This document shows, piece by piece, positions 46,215-58,965 of a DNA stretch of 64,000 nucleotides (position 1 is its first letter; every line of letters starts with the position of its first letter). The notes beneath the pieces were generated by a model that saw only the letters and a program-made list of their open reading frames with translations, was not told the origin of the DNA and ran no database searches. The DNA lies in the NCBI GenBank assembly GCA_963845755.1, contig CAWJTV010000036.1, positions 468,287-532,286 of the forward strand, given 5' to 3'. The DNA is from an uncultured Planctomycetota bacterium. Lineage in GTDB: Bacteria > Planctomycetota > Planctomycetia > Isosphaerales > Isosphaeraceae. Position numbers and translations under genes: made by a program.

Positions 46215-48708
46215 CTACGGCCCGTCTCGTACAGCCTTCCCGTTTCCGGACTCCTTCACTGGCCGCACCAGGCGGCCAGGGGTGCCCTTTCGATCGGCTT
46301 TGACGCTCGCGAGCTGCTGGGTGAGCTTGTCCAGATGGCGTCGTGTTTCGATCCGATCAGGGTCCAGGGCGAGGGCCCGTTGGGCGGCTTCGACCGCCTG
46401 GACGAGGGCCTCCTCGACGAGTTGATCGTCGTCGCTTCGCATGGCGTTTTTCTTGATCTGGTCGTAGGAGTGGCTCAGCACGAAATAAGAAATCGCATGA
46501 TTGGGATACTCCCGGACGAGTCGCCGGGCGAGCACCATCAGACGTGCGGCGGTTGCGCGGGCGTCGTCGAGTCGGCCGTGCCTTCGATGCTCCCCGGCGG
46601 CGATGATTGCGTTGTCCGTCAGGACGAAGACCGCCGCCAATACCATGGAATCTGCAAGTCCAAGCTTTCGAACACCGCTCTCGAAGCGCGGAGATCAGCG
46701 CGGTGGCCCCAGTGTCGGGGTCTCGGTCGTACTTCGCGGCAACCGACGAGGAACGGAACGGAGAGAGCGATCCGACCGAGAGGGCAAGCCACTCGGCGAC
46801 GAAACGCTCGTAGGCGTAGCGAATCCTCTTGTCTTTGCGAGAAGACATTCTCATGAGATCAGGATGTTGAAACAACCGGCCGAGCGTCTCCAGCCCCGGG
46901 GGAGACGCGTCAGTCGAACTTGCGATGTCCGATCTAAGGAGGTGTCGCAGGATCTGCTGGCTCACGCGTCGCGATCGATCCCTCTGATCTGTTCGACCAC
47001 TGTGTTCGAGAGGATCTGCGAGATCCTGCAGTCTCTTGTAGAGGAGTGTCAGAATAATGTATGTCGATTCGCTCGGCTCGAAATCCCTCTGGATCGCGAA
47101 TGCCTGTTCGTAGCAGTTCAGGGCGATTCTCGAGTTGACCCGCGCCTTCGGCCAAGCAACCGGATTGGAAAAGGGCTTGTCCGAGGCAGATCCGAGCCTC
47201 CTCGTCCTCAGGATTCTTCGCCAATCCTCGTTTGAGGTCGGCGACCGCTTGATTCGAGAGTTCCCGGGCTTCTTCGTCCTTGCCGACGGACACCAGTGCC
47301 CAGCCAATCTCCCATTCAAGAGCGCCGAGGGTGGAAGACGGAACGATTCCGCGGTTTATCAAATCGATGGTGGAATTCCGGAGCCTCAAGAGTGACGCCT
47401 CCATTTGGTCTTGCGTAGCACTCCGCTTCTGACGGATGGATGTCTGGAGTAGTAATGCGAGCTGACCAGCGGCGCTCGCAGAAAACTCTTCAAGAGCCTC
47501 CGCATTGTGTCGTGCCTCGGCAAGCCGCGCCTGCGTTCGGCTTCAGTTTGGTTCAAGAGGACGAACAGCCCCGCGACCCCCATGGCCAGGGTCATTGCCA
47601 GCGTAACCAGGAGGCCTGCGACGGCCGGGTGCCGGCGGCACCAGCACCAGGCATGCCCCATCGGGGAGACGCGGCGGGCCTTAATCGGACGACCTTCCAG
47701 CCAGAGCCGCAAGTCGCCAGCCAGGGCCTCAGCGGATGGGTAGCGACGGCTTGGCGCCTTTTCCAGGCAGGTGAGGCAGATGGTTTCGAGGTCGCGGGGA
47801 ATCCGAGCATTGAGCCGTCGCGGGGGGACGGGGTCCTGGTTGCGGACCTGGTCGAGCGTCTCGGTGGTTGACGCGCCCTGGAAGGGCGGACGGCCCGTCA
47901 GCAGGTGGTACAGGAGCGCACCGAGGGCATAGAGATCGGCGGCGGGGCCGATCGTGCCGGGAACGGCGGCCACTTGCTCGGGGGCCATGTAGGACGGCGT
48001 CCCCTTGGGTCCGTTGGCGCCGGTCTGAGTCGTGCCCGGCTCGTCTTCGAGGCGGGCGATACCGAAGTCGGAGATCTTGGGTGAGACGGTCTCCCAGGGG
48101 GCTCCCCGCTCGCCGTCCAGTAAGATGTTCGACGGTTTCAGGTCGAGGTGAACCACCCCGCGGGCGTGGAAATACCCGACGGCGCGGGCGATCGTTTCCA
48201 TGAGCCATGCGGCATCTCGGGGCGGGAGCGGCTCGGTCAATCGATCCTTGAGCGTTCCCCCCGATACATATTCAAGGACGAGCCACAGCCATTCCTCGGT
48301 CTCGTCCACTCGATAGATCGTCACGACATGCTCGTGCGGCACCCGCGAGAGCGCCCGCGCCTCGGCCAGCCAGTGCTCGCGCGCATGCAGGATCGACCAG
48401 CGAGTTCCTCGGAAACAGTTTCACGGCGACGTGGCGATTCAGCGTGGGTTCGCGGGCGAGGTAAACCACGCTCGATCCTCCCCGGCCCAGCTCGCGCTCG
48501 ATGACGAGGCCGGGGAGTTCGGCGTGGCGTTCCGGGCCGGCGCGGGGTGGGCCGCTTGCGGGGCGGCATTCGTCGCGGCTTCGAGGACCTTCTGGCAATC
48601 GGGGCACTGCTCGACATGTTCCTCCAAGCCCCCGAAGATGGCCTCGCCGACGGCCTCGGTCCCGATCAAGCGGAGGGTCACCTCCGAAGGGCAGGTCGTC
48701 ATGGTCAC
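46215..48708 (-). CDS. Ser/Thr protein kinase, ECF-associated type (multiple frameshifts, possibly a pseudogene)
   Basis: N-terminal HVEQCPDC, ELGRGG, VAVK, HLDLKPSN, ISDFG, GTPSYMAPE, ADLYALG and TM segment PAVAGLLVTLA. Confidence 0.85.
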
Positions 48709-48734
48709 GCTGGCCTCGTGTCGGAGATCCGAAT

Positions 48735-49367
48735 TTAACAGTATCGGTCAAGCCGGCGGTCTCCCTCTTCGGCGAGCCGATCGACAACGCGCTTGTGGGC
48801 GGCATGCACGGCGAGGTGAGTCATGTTCAGAGCGTCGGCCGTCTCGCGGGTGGTCCACCCGTCGATGGAGATATGCCAGAAGACGTCCCACGATTGGGGC
48901 ATGGACCTTCTCGCGGACGGCGGCTTGAACCTGTTCCGCCAGGTCCAGCAGGAGCAACTGTCGAGGTGCCGGTTCGTCGCTTCCTCGTCGAATGGCTCGG
49001 AAGCGAAGAGGCGAGCCTTCGACATCAACGCACGAAGGATCATCGAACGATCGGACGACCAGGTTCCTCCCGACTCCGCTCGCGGATCGCATCGACGGCG
49101 TGCCAATGGAAGCAGCTTCGGAGCCATCCTCGGAACCTGCGGCTCGGGTCGTAGCGAAACGTGCGCATCTTGCTCCGCAAGCTTCCATCCAGAAGAGCTG
49201 AGAGACCTCCGCCGCGAGGTCGTCATCGAGGCGGTATTCCCGGCACCAGCTTTGAATGTAGAGGCTCGTATCGAGCGACGAACTCCTGCCAGGCGGCATG
49301 GTCACGCCAGTCGGCGGTCCGTCTCAGAAGCGTCGGGCTGGTTCTGCGTGGTGTCGTCGGAATTCAT
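48735..49367 (-). pseudogene. ECF sigma factor, heavily frameshifted
   Basis: Fragments in different frames: WRDHAAWQEFVARYEP, WCREYRLDDDLAAEVSQ and SWDVFWHISIDGWTTRETADALNM..HKRV. Directly upstream of the kinase. Confidence 0.7.
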
Positions 49368-49985
49368 CGTTGAATTCTCGCGTTTTGAGTGTCGAACGGC
49401 GACGAGCCTCTCGGCGACGACGGAATTCTGGCAAAAGCGTGTATACGGTCTTCGTAGTACTGGTAGCGGGCGATGAAAGGCCCAGGCACTTGTGGGCACG
49501 AATCATTCTATCCATGGAGTTTCGGTCAGCACAACGGGCTGGCATCAAGAAATCAGCGAGCCGGGTCGGTCGCCCCGCGGGCGATCGACGACCATCAATC
49601 CCACGACGTTCGAGACAACGAACGACCGTTCCAGGCTGCGCTCTCTGGCGGCCCGGTGCAGTCAGAGACCAGCAGATAACCGGTGCTGAGGAGGAGGCTC
49701 TTCGGGTTCGGCTAGAATTTTCGAGACACAACGACGACCTTCCAACACGATTCGAGGTGAATGGCATTGGATTAAGAGATTTGTGCAGCGACTTCCAAGT
49801 GGCTGTGCACTGCTATTGAGGCTGACTCCGATGTGTGTTCGCCTCTTTCCTCGTGCCATTCTCTGACTCCAAATTCCTCTCGGTCTGACGCCAAGTCCCC
49901 ATGATTCGCGATCCTCCCGGGCCATGCCGTGCATGGCAGGGGAATCGCTTCGAATTCGAGGAGATCACGATGACAGCGAGCTTGT

Positions 49986-50948
49986 ATGCGTAGGACGTTG
50001 ACAGGGCTGGCGTTGCTGATGCCGCTAGCTGGCGGCGTGGCCGAGGCGGGATACGTGCTCCCTTCGAGCCAGTTCACGGACCTCGGGACCTTGAACGTCA
50101 CCAGCGGTGGTTCCTTCAACACCGGCAACGGTACCTCGACGCCGACGCTGGTGGTCGGCGGTACGACCTACGATGGCCAGATCTACACCTACACCGGAGG
50201 GTTGCAGGCGGCAGTGTTCCAGTTCGACTCGATCACCCAGAGCGGCGGGACGATGAGCGGGTCTGGGTCGCTGCCGGTGATCCTGCTGTCGTACGGGGCC
50301 GTGAGCCAGACCGGGGGGACGATCGAATTCGGCGGTGGCGGCCCCGGTGGTGCCGCCCCCGGCCATGGCCCCGGCGCAGGCGGCGGAGACAGCGGCGGCA
50401 GCTACGGCGGTGTCGGCAGCGACGGCGGCGGCCCTATCTATGGCAACCTGTCCACGGCCCTTCAGGGTGGGAGTGGCGGCGGCGGCAACGCCTTCGGCCC
50501 CGGTGGTGCCGGCGGAGGGGGGCTGGAGATCGCCTCGAATCTCTCGATCACTCTCGATGGCGGGATCTTGGCCGCTGGCGGCTACGGCAACGTCGGCGGC
50601 GGCGGCAGCGGCGGCGGCATCCTCCTGTATGCCCCGACGATCACCAACGACACGACTCTCAACGTGAGCGGCGGCGATGACGGCGCCTTCGGCGGTGGTG
50701 GAGGTGGCGGCCGGCTCCTCATCGACACCACACCAGGCGGACTGCTGGGGAATGGCACCCTCAACGTCTCTGGCGGTGGTGGCCAGAACGGTTCGATCGG
50801 AGGTGCCGGAAGCTTGGTCATCCTCACGACCGTCTCCTCCGTGCCGGAGCCGTCGTCGCTGGTACTGACCATGTGTGGTCTCGCCGCCGTCGCGGCTTGG
50901 GCTGGGTTTGGGTTCACACGGCCCGGGCGTTTGTCAGCCGATTCCTGA
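49986..50948 (+). CDS. Gly-rich PEP-CTERM surface protein
   Basis: Signal peptide, repeated GGGGxGG blocks and C-terminal VPEPSSLVLTMCGLAAVAAW..R. Confidence 0.88.
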   Translation: MRRTLTGLALLMPLAGGVAEAGYVLPSSQFTDLGTLNVTSGGSFNTGNGTSTPTLVVGGTTYDGQIYTYTGGLQAAVFQFDSITQSGGTMSGSGSLPVILLSYGAVSQTGGTIEFGGGGPGGAAPGHGPGAGGGDSGGSYGGVGSDGGGPIYGNLSTALQGGSGGGGNAFGPGGAGGGGLEIASNLSITLDGGILAAGGYGNVGGGGSGGGILLYAPTITNDTTLNVSGGDDGAFGGGGGGGRLLIDTTPGGLLGNGTLNVSGGGGQNGSIGGAGSLVILTTVSSVPEPSSLVLTMCGLAAVAAWAGFGFTRPGRLSADS

Positions 50949-51180
50949 TCGATCTGCGGATCGGGCCGCCCGACCTGGCGAGGGCAGCCGAAACTGGTCG
51001 TGTCGCTGGCCCTGTGCGTCCGGCCCTGCGCCACAACAATCACCTGGCATGGCCGGCTTCAGGAACAGAAACGGGAACACGGCCAGTATTGTCGTTGCGC
51101 CATTCTTTCAGAAGGCCGGCCTCCTCACTGTGCAAGGCTGTGTCCCGAATGAAAAACAAGCTGGTTCTTGGTTTGCTAGG

Positions 51181-51378
51181 TGGTGTCGTCGGATTTCATC
51201 GTGGAAATCTCGAGGATGCGTGTCGGAAGACCACGAGTGTCTTGGCGATGACGGAGTTCTGGCAAAAGCGTGAATAGGGTCTTCATCGTAGTGGTAGAGG
51301 GCGATGAAAGGCCCAGGACACTTGTGGACACGGATCATTCGATCCATGGAGGATCCGTCAGCGAAACGGGCTGGCATG
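51181..51378. repeat. Diverged direct repeat of 49349-49547 (ECF 5' end plus upstream region)
   Basis: Shared blocks tggtgtcgtcgga.ttcatcgt, ttctggcaaaagcgtg, gggcgatgaaaggcccagg, tccatggag and cgggctggcat. Confidence 0.8.
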
Positions 51379-51523
51379 ACTGACTTTTTCAGAAAGCGCG
51401 CAAGTTCTCGTCCGGCCGAACGTCTCGAACATGAGGAGGTTCCGAAGGCTCGATTTCCCTCCTCGATGCAACGCTGTGTCATGAACCAAAGTGCGCCGTC
51501 CGCGGAGCGAAAGGAGCCTGGCG

Positions 51524-52228
51524 ATGAAGGCGTCGATGGTGACGGTCGTGGGCCTGGTGATAGTGATCTTCGCATTCGGGATGGGTCAGGCGGGGGCGCA
51601 GCATCGTGGGGGCAAGGGTAAGCCAGCCGCGGCGCATTCACCGAAAGCGAAAGGTGGTGCGCGGCCCGGTGCGGGGAAGGCGCACACGCCGAAGCCCAAG
51701 GGGAAGGTGCAGCAGAAAGCCAAGGGAGGGATGGCCAAGCCGGCACAGAAACAAGAGAAGCCCAAGGAATCCGCCAAGGCGAAGCACGACGAGAAAAAGA
51801 AACACATCGCGAAGGAGAAGACGAAGGCGGAGAAGCACGCCAAGAGGGCCGAAAAGAAGGCACCGGCGAAGGTTGCGGCCCGCGGCGGGACGGACCACGA
51901 AAGCATCTCTCTGCTGCGGGCTGTCCATCACAAGCTTCATGAGGCCGATCACGATTACGATGGGCATCGTCACCGGGCGTTGGAGCATGTCGGGTCCGCC
52001 CTGGGCCATCTCGGCTCCTCACCCGAGGCGCCCAATCGGTCCGGACCAGGCCACAGAAACTCGCCGCAGTCGGTGTCCGACGCGATCATGCGGGAGACCA
52101 GGGCGAGCCTGGAAATGATCAAGGGTCGGTTCGCCGTCGGAACCGGTGTGGCGAAGGGTCACAGCGAGGCACGTGGCGCCGTGGACGCCGCCATTCGTGA
52201 GATCGGTTTGGCCTTGGCCGTGCGCTGA
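51524..52228 (+). CDS. Secreted Lys/Ala-rich protein with a His-rich helical domain
   Basis: RBS aaggag, signal peptide, K/A-rich stretch and HHKLHEADHDYDGHRHRALEH. Confidence 0.75.
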   Translation: MKASMVTVVGLVIVIFAFGMGQAGAQHRGGKGKPAAAHSPKAKGGARPGAGKAHTPKPKGKVQQKAKGGMAKPAQKQEKPKESAKAKHDEKKKHIAKEKTKAEKHAKRAEKKAPAKVAARGGTDHESISLLRAVHHKLHEADHDYDGHRHRALEHVGSALGHLGSSPEAPNRSGPGHRNSPQSVSDAIMRETRASLEMIKGRFAVGTGVAKGHSEARGAVDAAIREIGLALAVR

Positions 52229-52294
52229 GCGAGTCGGCTTTCGCGGTGCACGGCGGGATTCAGCGTCAGCGGCTGTCCCGAAGGCCGTTTTCAT

Positions 52295-52470
52295 TAGGGT
52301 GGGTGGAGCCGAGGGTGGCTCAAAGATTGTGAAAGAATCGGATTCAAGATTCCGAATTCGAGATTCAAGAAGCCTAAGTCTCTGCTTCATCGGCTTAACA
52401 TCCATTCGGAATCTCGAATTTGTGATTTTGAATCGATTCCTTCACGGCCTCTCGGCGCAACCCACCCTAC
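52295..52470. repeat. GTAG-type REP hairpin with an inserted MITE-like element (52323-52451)
   Basis: Outer arms tagggtgggtggagccgag / ctcggcgcaacccaccctac. The inner element tgtgaaagaatcggattc ... gaatcgattccttcacggcctc resembles 8483-8614. Confidence 0.7.
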
Positions 52471-52570
52471 GGGCAGGCAAAGCGCGTCTTCTCATCGGGA
52501 ATCTCCCGGTTCATGGAGCCTCCCCGACTCTCCTCTCACCTTACACCTTGCGTCTCACAGGAGTCTGACG

Positions 52571-54592
52571 ATGGACGAGCGAACGATAGGCTTCCCGCCT
52601 GAGTCCACCACGATCGCGTCCCTCGATGCCCACTCGCGGCGCGGCCGGCGAACGCGATGGACGGAGCGATTCCGATCGCGCGTCCGGTTCCGGCCCGAGG
52701 TCGGCCTCCTCGAACCGCGCACCCTCCTGAGTGCCGAGCCCACCCTCACGGCGCTGAGTGCCTCGGCGCCGGCCGGGTCATCGATCACGTTCACCGCGAC
52801 CGTCAGCGGCTTGACCGCGGGCGGGGCGACGCCGAACCAGGGGGCCGTCACCATCAGCGACCAGAACGGGGTGCTCGCCAAGGAGACGCTGGTCAACGGC
52901 GTGGCGACGTACACGACATCGGGCCTGGCGCCGGGGACGATCACGGTCACGGCTTCCTACGACGGCACCGCGGACTTCGCCGCCAGCGCGACTGGAACCA
53001 TTGTGACCGCCGTCGGCACCGGCAAGGCCGGTTATAGCGGCGACAATGCGCCCGCGACCACCGCCAATCTGAACCACCCCTGGGGCGTCGCGGTCAACTC
53101 CGCCGGCGACCTGTTCTTCTGCGACGTCAACAACAACGTGGTCCGGGAAGTGGTGAAGTCGACCGGCAACATCATCACCGTCGCCGGTGACGGCAAAGCC
53201 GGATACAGCGGCGACCAGGGGCCTGCGACTTCCGCCGAACTGGATAGTCCCAACAGCGTCGCCGTCGACGCCGCCGGCAACCTGTTCATCTCCGACGCGG
53301 GCAACAACCGAATCCGCGAGGTGGTGAAGTCGAGCGGCGACATCATCACCATCGCCGGCACGGGCAAAGCGGGCTACAGTGGCGACCAGGGGCCCGCGAC
53401 CGATGCCGAGATCGACAGCCCGCGCGGCCTCTCGGTCAACTCCGCGGGCGACGTGTTCTTCGCCGATAACCCCAACAACGTGGTCCGCGAGGTCGAGGCG
53501 AGCGGCGACATCATCACCGTCGCCGGTGACGGCAAGGCCGGTTACAGCGGCAACAACGGCCCCGCGACCGCCGCCAAGCTGAACGGGCCCAACTTCGTAG
53601 CGGTCAACTCGGCAGGCAACCTGTTCATCGGCGACGCGAACAACAACCAGGTCCGGGAGGTGGTGAAGGCGACCGGCGACATCATCGCCGTCGCCGGCAA
53701 CGGCACCTCCGGATACAGCGGCGACAACGGGCCCGCGACCGCAGCCGAGATGGCGAACCCCCTCGGCGTCGCCTTCGACTCCGTGGGCGACCTGTTCATC
53801 GCCGACAATGGCGACAACGTGGTCCGGGAGGTCGTCAAGGCGACCGGCAACATCATCACTGTCGCCGGTGACGGTAAGGTGGGTTACAGCGGCGACAATG
53901 GACCCGCGACCGCCGCCGAGCTGAACGACCCCGGCCGAGTCGCCGTCAATTCCGCGGGCGTCCTGTTCATCGCCGACGCGAACAACAACGTGGTCCGCGC
54001 GGTCGCACCGGCGGTGACCGTGACCATCAGCCCCACTCCAACGCCAACTCCGACACCGACTCCCACACCGACGCCGACCCCCACTCCCACGCCGACCCCC
54101 ACTCCCACACCGACGCCGACCCCCACTCCCACACCGACGCCGACCCCCATTCCCACACCTATCGTAAAGGTACTCCTGACATACATGCCTCAACCGGCCC
54201 CTCCGCCGCTCCCGCCGGGATTCGCGCGGACCCCGCCGAAGATCGTACGAGTCGCCGCGAAGAGGGTCGACCGCACGCCGGAGATCGTTCTTCAGCTCGA
54301 TCAAGGGATCGTGTCAAACCGCGCCCTGGAGAAAACCTGGTACAGCGTGGAAACGACCGGGGCCGATGGCGCTCTGGGAACGAGCGGCGACCCGCACGTT
54401 GCCGTGTCGAGAGTGGCCTATCAGGCGAAGACGCACGAGATTACGCTGGTCATGCCCTGGAGATCGAAAATGCGAGGCAACATCCTGCTGACGGTCGATC
54501 CGCGCGGGATCGTCAATCTCCTCGGTCAGGAACTCGAGGGGGACAACGTGGTCCCCGGCGTGAATTTCGTTCGCGAGGTCGATCTGCCGTAG
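52571..54592 (+). CDS. LEPRxLL protein with an Ig-like domain, NHL repeats and a Pro-Thr linker
   Basis: LLEPRTLLS motif, Big-like [17 protein letters not shown], six [20 protein letters not shown] repeats and a (PT)n tract at 54031-54160. Confidence 0.9.
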   Translation: MDERTIGFPPESTTIASLDAHSRRGRRTRWTERFRSRVRFRPEVGLLEPRTLLSAEPTLTALSASAPAGSSITFTATVSGLTAGGATPNQGAVTISDQNGVLAKETLVNGVATYTTSGLAPGTITVTASYDGTADFAASATGTIVTAVGTGKAGYSGDNAPATTANLNHPWGVAVNSAGDLFFCDVNNNVVREVVKSTGNIITVAGDGKAGYSGDQGPATSAELDSPNSVAVDAAGNLFISDAGNNRIREVVKSSGDIITIAGTGKAGYSGDQGPATDAEIDSPRGLSVNSAGDVFFADNPNNVVREVEASGDIITVAGDGKAGYSGNNGPATAAKLNGPNFVAVNSAGNLFIGDANNNQVREVVKATGDIIAVAGNGTSGYSGDNGPATAAEMANPLGVAFDSVGDLFIADNGDNVVREVVKATGNIITVAGDGKVGYSGDNGPATAAELNDPGRVAVNSAGVLFIADANNNVVRAVAPAVTVTISPTPTPTPTPTPTPTPTPTPTPTPTPTPTPTPTPTPTPTPIPTPIVKVLLTYMPQPAPPPLPPGFARTPPKIVRVAAKRVDRTPEIVLQLDQGIVSNRALEKTWYSVETTGADGALGTSGDPHVAVSRVAYQAKTHEITLVMPWRSKMRGNILLTVDPRGIVNLLGQELEGDNVVPGVNFVREVDLP

Positions 54593-55051
54593 CATCCTCG
54601 GATCGCCGAGGGCGATGGTCAAAGTCGGAAAACAATTGGTATCGGTTCTTTTTTGAACGAAAGTTGGACTGACACCAACTATCCCCTGCGAAGAGTTGAC
54701 CGATCTGGGTGATTACCGGAATCAAGCGAACGGTCAGCGGGAACACGGAAGTGGTGAAGTGAGTTGCCAAGAGGAAGGAGGGAGACGTACCATGATCCAT
54801 CGGGCCTCCTTTCCCAGGAGGTGGCAGGCCGAAGTCCGTCCTGTCATTTCACAGGTAACGCGACTCTTTTTCAGTGGTCGCTGAGCGGTTGAGGGAAATC
54901 TTGCGGCAACTCTGACGATAAGAAAACTCGCGGGTTTTCCGGAAATCCTCGGCACTGGCGAGATCGCACCCAAGAATTTTGCGTCACCGATCGCTCCCAT
55001 GGCGCCAGAGACCAGGGCCCGGCGGTGATCTGTTGGTCCCGGAGCCTCTAC

Positions 55052-58000
55052 ATGGCCGCACTCAATCCCAGACTCGCAGACCTCTCCGACGACGATCGCC
55101 AGGTGCTCGAGTCGTGGCTCGTCGAGTTCGATCAACGCTGGAATGAAGGTCTCCTGGCAAATCGTCTCGACCAGATCCCGCCCGGGAGTTCCTGGCGACT
55201 GCCGGCGCTGGCCGAAATGGTCAAGATCGACCTGGAACGGCAATGGCGGCGCGGCCGGCAGATCAGCCTCGAGTCCTACCTCAAGGAGTTCCCTGAGCTG
55301 GGTAGCCCCGGCGACGTCTCCGCCGACCTGATCCAGGCCGAGTACGAGGTCCGACGCCAGTTCGGCGCTCCGCTCGCCCTCGAAGACTACGTCCGACGCT
55401 TCCCGCACCAGGCCGGGGAACTCGCCCGCCTGATCGGTTCGGGCGGCCCGGCGCTCTCGCCCCATTCTTCGGCCGCCGCTCCCTCTCACTCCTCCTCCCG
55501 GGCCCAGAGATCCGCGAAAACGCCCGAGCCACTCCCCGAACAGTTCGGCCGGTACCGGATCATCAAGCGGTTGGGTCAGGGCGGGATGGGTTCGGTCTAC
55601 CTGGCCCAAGATACCCATCTCGAGCGCCCGGTGGCCCTCAAGGTGCCCGACTTCGGTCCCCACGAAGGTCCCGAGGCGCGGAGACGGTTCCTGGAAGAGG
55701 CTCGCACCGCCGCGACGCTCGACCACCCCTACCTCTGCCCCGTTTATGACGCCGGGGAAATCGAAGGACAGCCTTACCTGACGATGGCTTACATCGAGGG
55801 CCAGTCGCTGGCGGCTGCTGATCGGCGAGGAGGGCTGGCCGCAGCGCCAGGTCGCGGCGCTGGTGGGTAAGCTGGCCCTGGCCTTGGAGGAGGCGCATGC
55901 GCGAAAGGTCATCCACCGCGACCTGAAGCCCGCCAACGTCATGATCAAGACGACCGGCCAGCGGCGAGAGCCGATGATCGTCAACTTCGGCCTGGCCCGC
56001 CGCGACAATCCCCAAGATCAGCGCTTGACCAGGTCGGGCAGGTCATGGGCACGCTCGGCTACATGTCCCCCGAGCAGATCCGTGGCGATCTGAAGCAGAT
56101 CGGTCCGTCCTGCGACATCTACGCACTGGGAGTGATGCTCTACGAGCTGCTGACCGGCCGGCTGCCGTTCATCGGTTCGGAGTTGGCGGTGGCGGCGCAG
56201 ATCCTGACCGAGGCGCCCTTGCCCCCTTCGAGGCATCGGAGCGACCTTGCCCCCGCCCTCGAGGCGATCTGCCTGAAAGCGATGGCCAAGGCGATCGGCG
56301 ACCGTTACTTCTCAATGGCCGAACTGGCCGCCGCCTTGACGGGTTTTCTTCATTCCCCATCAGCGAGTCCGACGCCAACGTCGTCGGTCGGTTCGCCCGC
56401 CTCGCCATCGCCGACCTCAGGTGAGCGCCCTCGGCCGGTTGGGAGCGACTCTCTGGTCGGCCAGTTCCTCGATCAGTTGGCCCAGCACAAAGAAACGCCT
56501 TTTCCCATCCGGACAGCGGAGCCAGTCGCTCTTCGACCCCCTCCGCCCGAACGTCGTCGGCCGCGATGGCCCTTAATCGTCGCGGCCTGTGTGCTCGGTG
56601 TCATTATGCTCTCTGGTATCATCTATGTCGTCACTGACAAAGGCCGCATCAAGATCACCGTGGACGGTCCCACGCTCGCCATCAAAATCGACCACGACGA
56701 GGTTCGTATCGACGGCCTCGGCGAGCCGATCACGCTCCGATCAGGCGAGCACAATTTGACCGTCATCCGGGGCAACACCGAGACCGAGACGCGCAAGTTC
56801 ATTGTTCGGCGATGGCACGATGAGGCCCTGCGGATTGAATACGTCCCGCGATCCGAGGAGATGGAACCATCAGATACGGAAAAAGTTGCTGATCAAAGTC
56901 CTCTTGAGAAGGAGAAACCCGCTGACACGGAAAAAGTCGCCGGGTTAAATCCTCCTGTGGAGGAGAAATCTGTAAGTACGGAAGACGTCGCCGAGTCAAA
57001 TCCTTGGCCCCAGGCCCTCGCCCCGGCGGGTCACGTGCTTCCTCTCTGGGAGCGGATCCTCGCGATGAGCCCCGACTGCCGGCGTCTGGCCGTCGCAACC
57101 CGGACGGACATGAAGATCGTCGTGGCCCCCGACGCCTCGAAGGTATTCGAAATGAAAGGACAACCACCGCCTCAGGGCGGGAACGCTCCGTACATCTGGG
57201 CTGTCGCTTTCAGCCCCGACGGCAAGTACATAGCCGTTTCCCTTCACGAATTCAGCCGTCAAGATCTGGGAGATTGCGAGCGGCAAAGAAGTACGCAAGA
57301 CCGCTTTATTTCCCGGAACGTCCCTCGCCTATAGTCCCGACGGCAAGAGGCTGGCCGTATCCGGACGCCAAACCAAAGTTGTCAGCGTCGGGGATGCCGC
57401 GACCGGCAAGAAGTTGTTCGACCTTGGCCCCCATTCCGCCCTGACGGATTGCCTGGCCTTCAGCCCCGACGGCAAGTGGCTCGCCAGCGGTAGCGGGGTG
57501 AACCCCGGAGATGATTGGGGGGCGAAGTTCGGGACGGGCTCCGACTTGAAGATCTGGGACCTGGAGACCCGTGCCGGCACCGTCCTCGACGGTCATTCGA
57601 TGCGAGTCAATGCCGTCACATTCAGCCCCGACGGCAAGCGGCTGGCCAGCGCCAGCAACGACAGCACGGTGAAGGTCTGGGACCTGGTGACGAAAAAATG
57701 CCTGGTCACCTTCAAACAACATCAGGCGTTTGTGAAATTCGTCCGGTTCAGCCCCGATGGCCGTCTGATCGCAAGCGCCGGGGCGGAGACGCCCGTGCAT
57801 CTCTGGGACGCCGCGACCGGCCGGGAGGTTGCTACGCTCACCGGCCTCCGAGGCAACCCCGAGCTTGTCCAATTCAGCCCCGATGGTCGCTGGATCTACT
57901 CCGGCGCGCGGTCCGCCTTGCAAGCCTGGGAGACCCCGCCCAGCCCGGTGGCGGGCGATATTGCTGTTTTCTCTCCTGGTGCTGGCCTGGGTGTGGAGAA

Positions 58001-58914
58001 GGTTCCAGAAAGCAATCCGGGAGCCGCCAAGAGCACCAAGGGCAAGCCCCCGGGGCCGCTCGCCGGTCGTGCCGCCGAAAGCCCCGCCCGCACGCCTCGG
58101 GACAAGGCACGAGCACCACGCGCCTCGCGGTCCCGGCTGCGAGCGGATCCGACCGATCCGCCCAAGGAAATCAGGAACCCCATCGGGATGAAACTGATGC
58201 TCATCCCGGCCGGCGACTTCGAGATGGGTTCGCCCGCTTCGGACCAGGATGCCTTTCCCCACGAGAAGCCGCAGCACCGGGTGCGGATTACCCGGCCGTT
58301 CTACATGGGGGTCCACGAGGTGACACAGGGTCAATATCGGGCGGTCACCGGCGAAGATCCGAGCCATTTCAAGGGGTCGGACGACCTGCCGGTGGAGAGC
58401 GTCTCCTGGGACGACGCGATCACGTTCTGCAACAAGCTGAGCGAGCTGGAGGGGCTGAAGCCGTGTTACCAGTCCGGCGCGAGCGCAATCGGGCGGAAAT
58501 GGATACCGTCTGCCGACGGAGGCGGAATGGGAGTATGCCTGTCGGGCGGGGAGCGAGACCCGGTTCGGCTTCGGTGAAACCGCGGCGCGCCGCGGCGAAT
58601 TTGCCTGGTGCCGCGCCAACTCGGATGGCAAGACCCATCCGGTCGGTACGAAGCTGCCGAATGCCTGGGGCCTGTACGACATGCGCGGCAATGTCGGCGA
58701 GTGGTGCTGGGATCGGTATGGGGACGATTCCTACGGAAAGTCGTCGGCCGCCGACCCGCTCGGCCCGCCGCGGGGCGCCGCCCGAGTGTTCCGAGGCATG
58801 GGCTGTCACGCCCTCCCGCGGGGTTGCCGGCCGGCGCATCGGGCCGCGAGTGCCCCCGTCTCCAAACAAGAAAACATAGGTATACGTGTTATGCGCGATC
58901 GATCCCTGCCTTGA
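55052..58914 (+). CDS. Ser/Thr kinase-TM-WD40-FGE/SUMF1 multidomain protein (frameshifts near 55815, 56040, 57260-57330 and 58490)
   Basis: [51 protein letters not shown] repeats; [34 protein letters not shown] and [12 protein letters not shown]. Confidence 0.85.
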
Positions 58915-58965
58915 ATCGGCCTTGGGTAGGGCCCGCTGGCGTTCTGCTCGTCTCGGAGTCTTGAT

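Noticed and set aside
53000..54000. ~170-bp DNA repeats
   Set aside because: Explained by ordinary NHL protein repeats.
54031..54160. Tandem repeat tract
   Set aside because: It simply encodes a (Pro-Thr)n linker inside the NHL protein.
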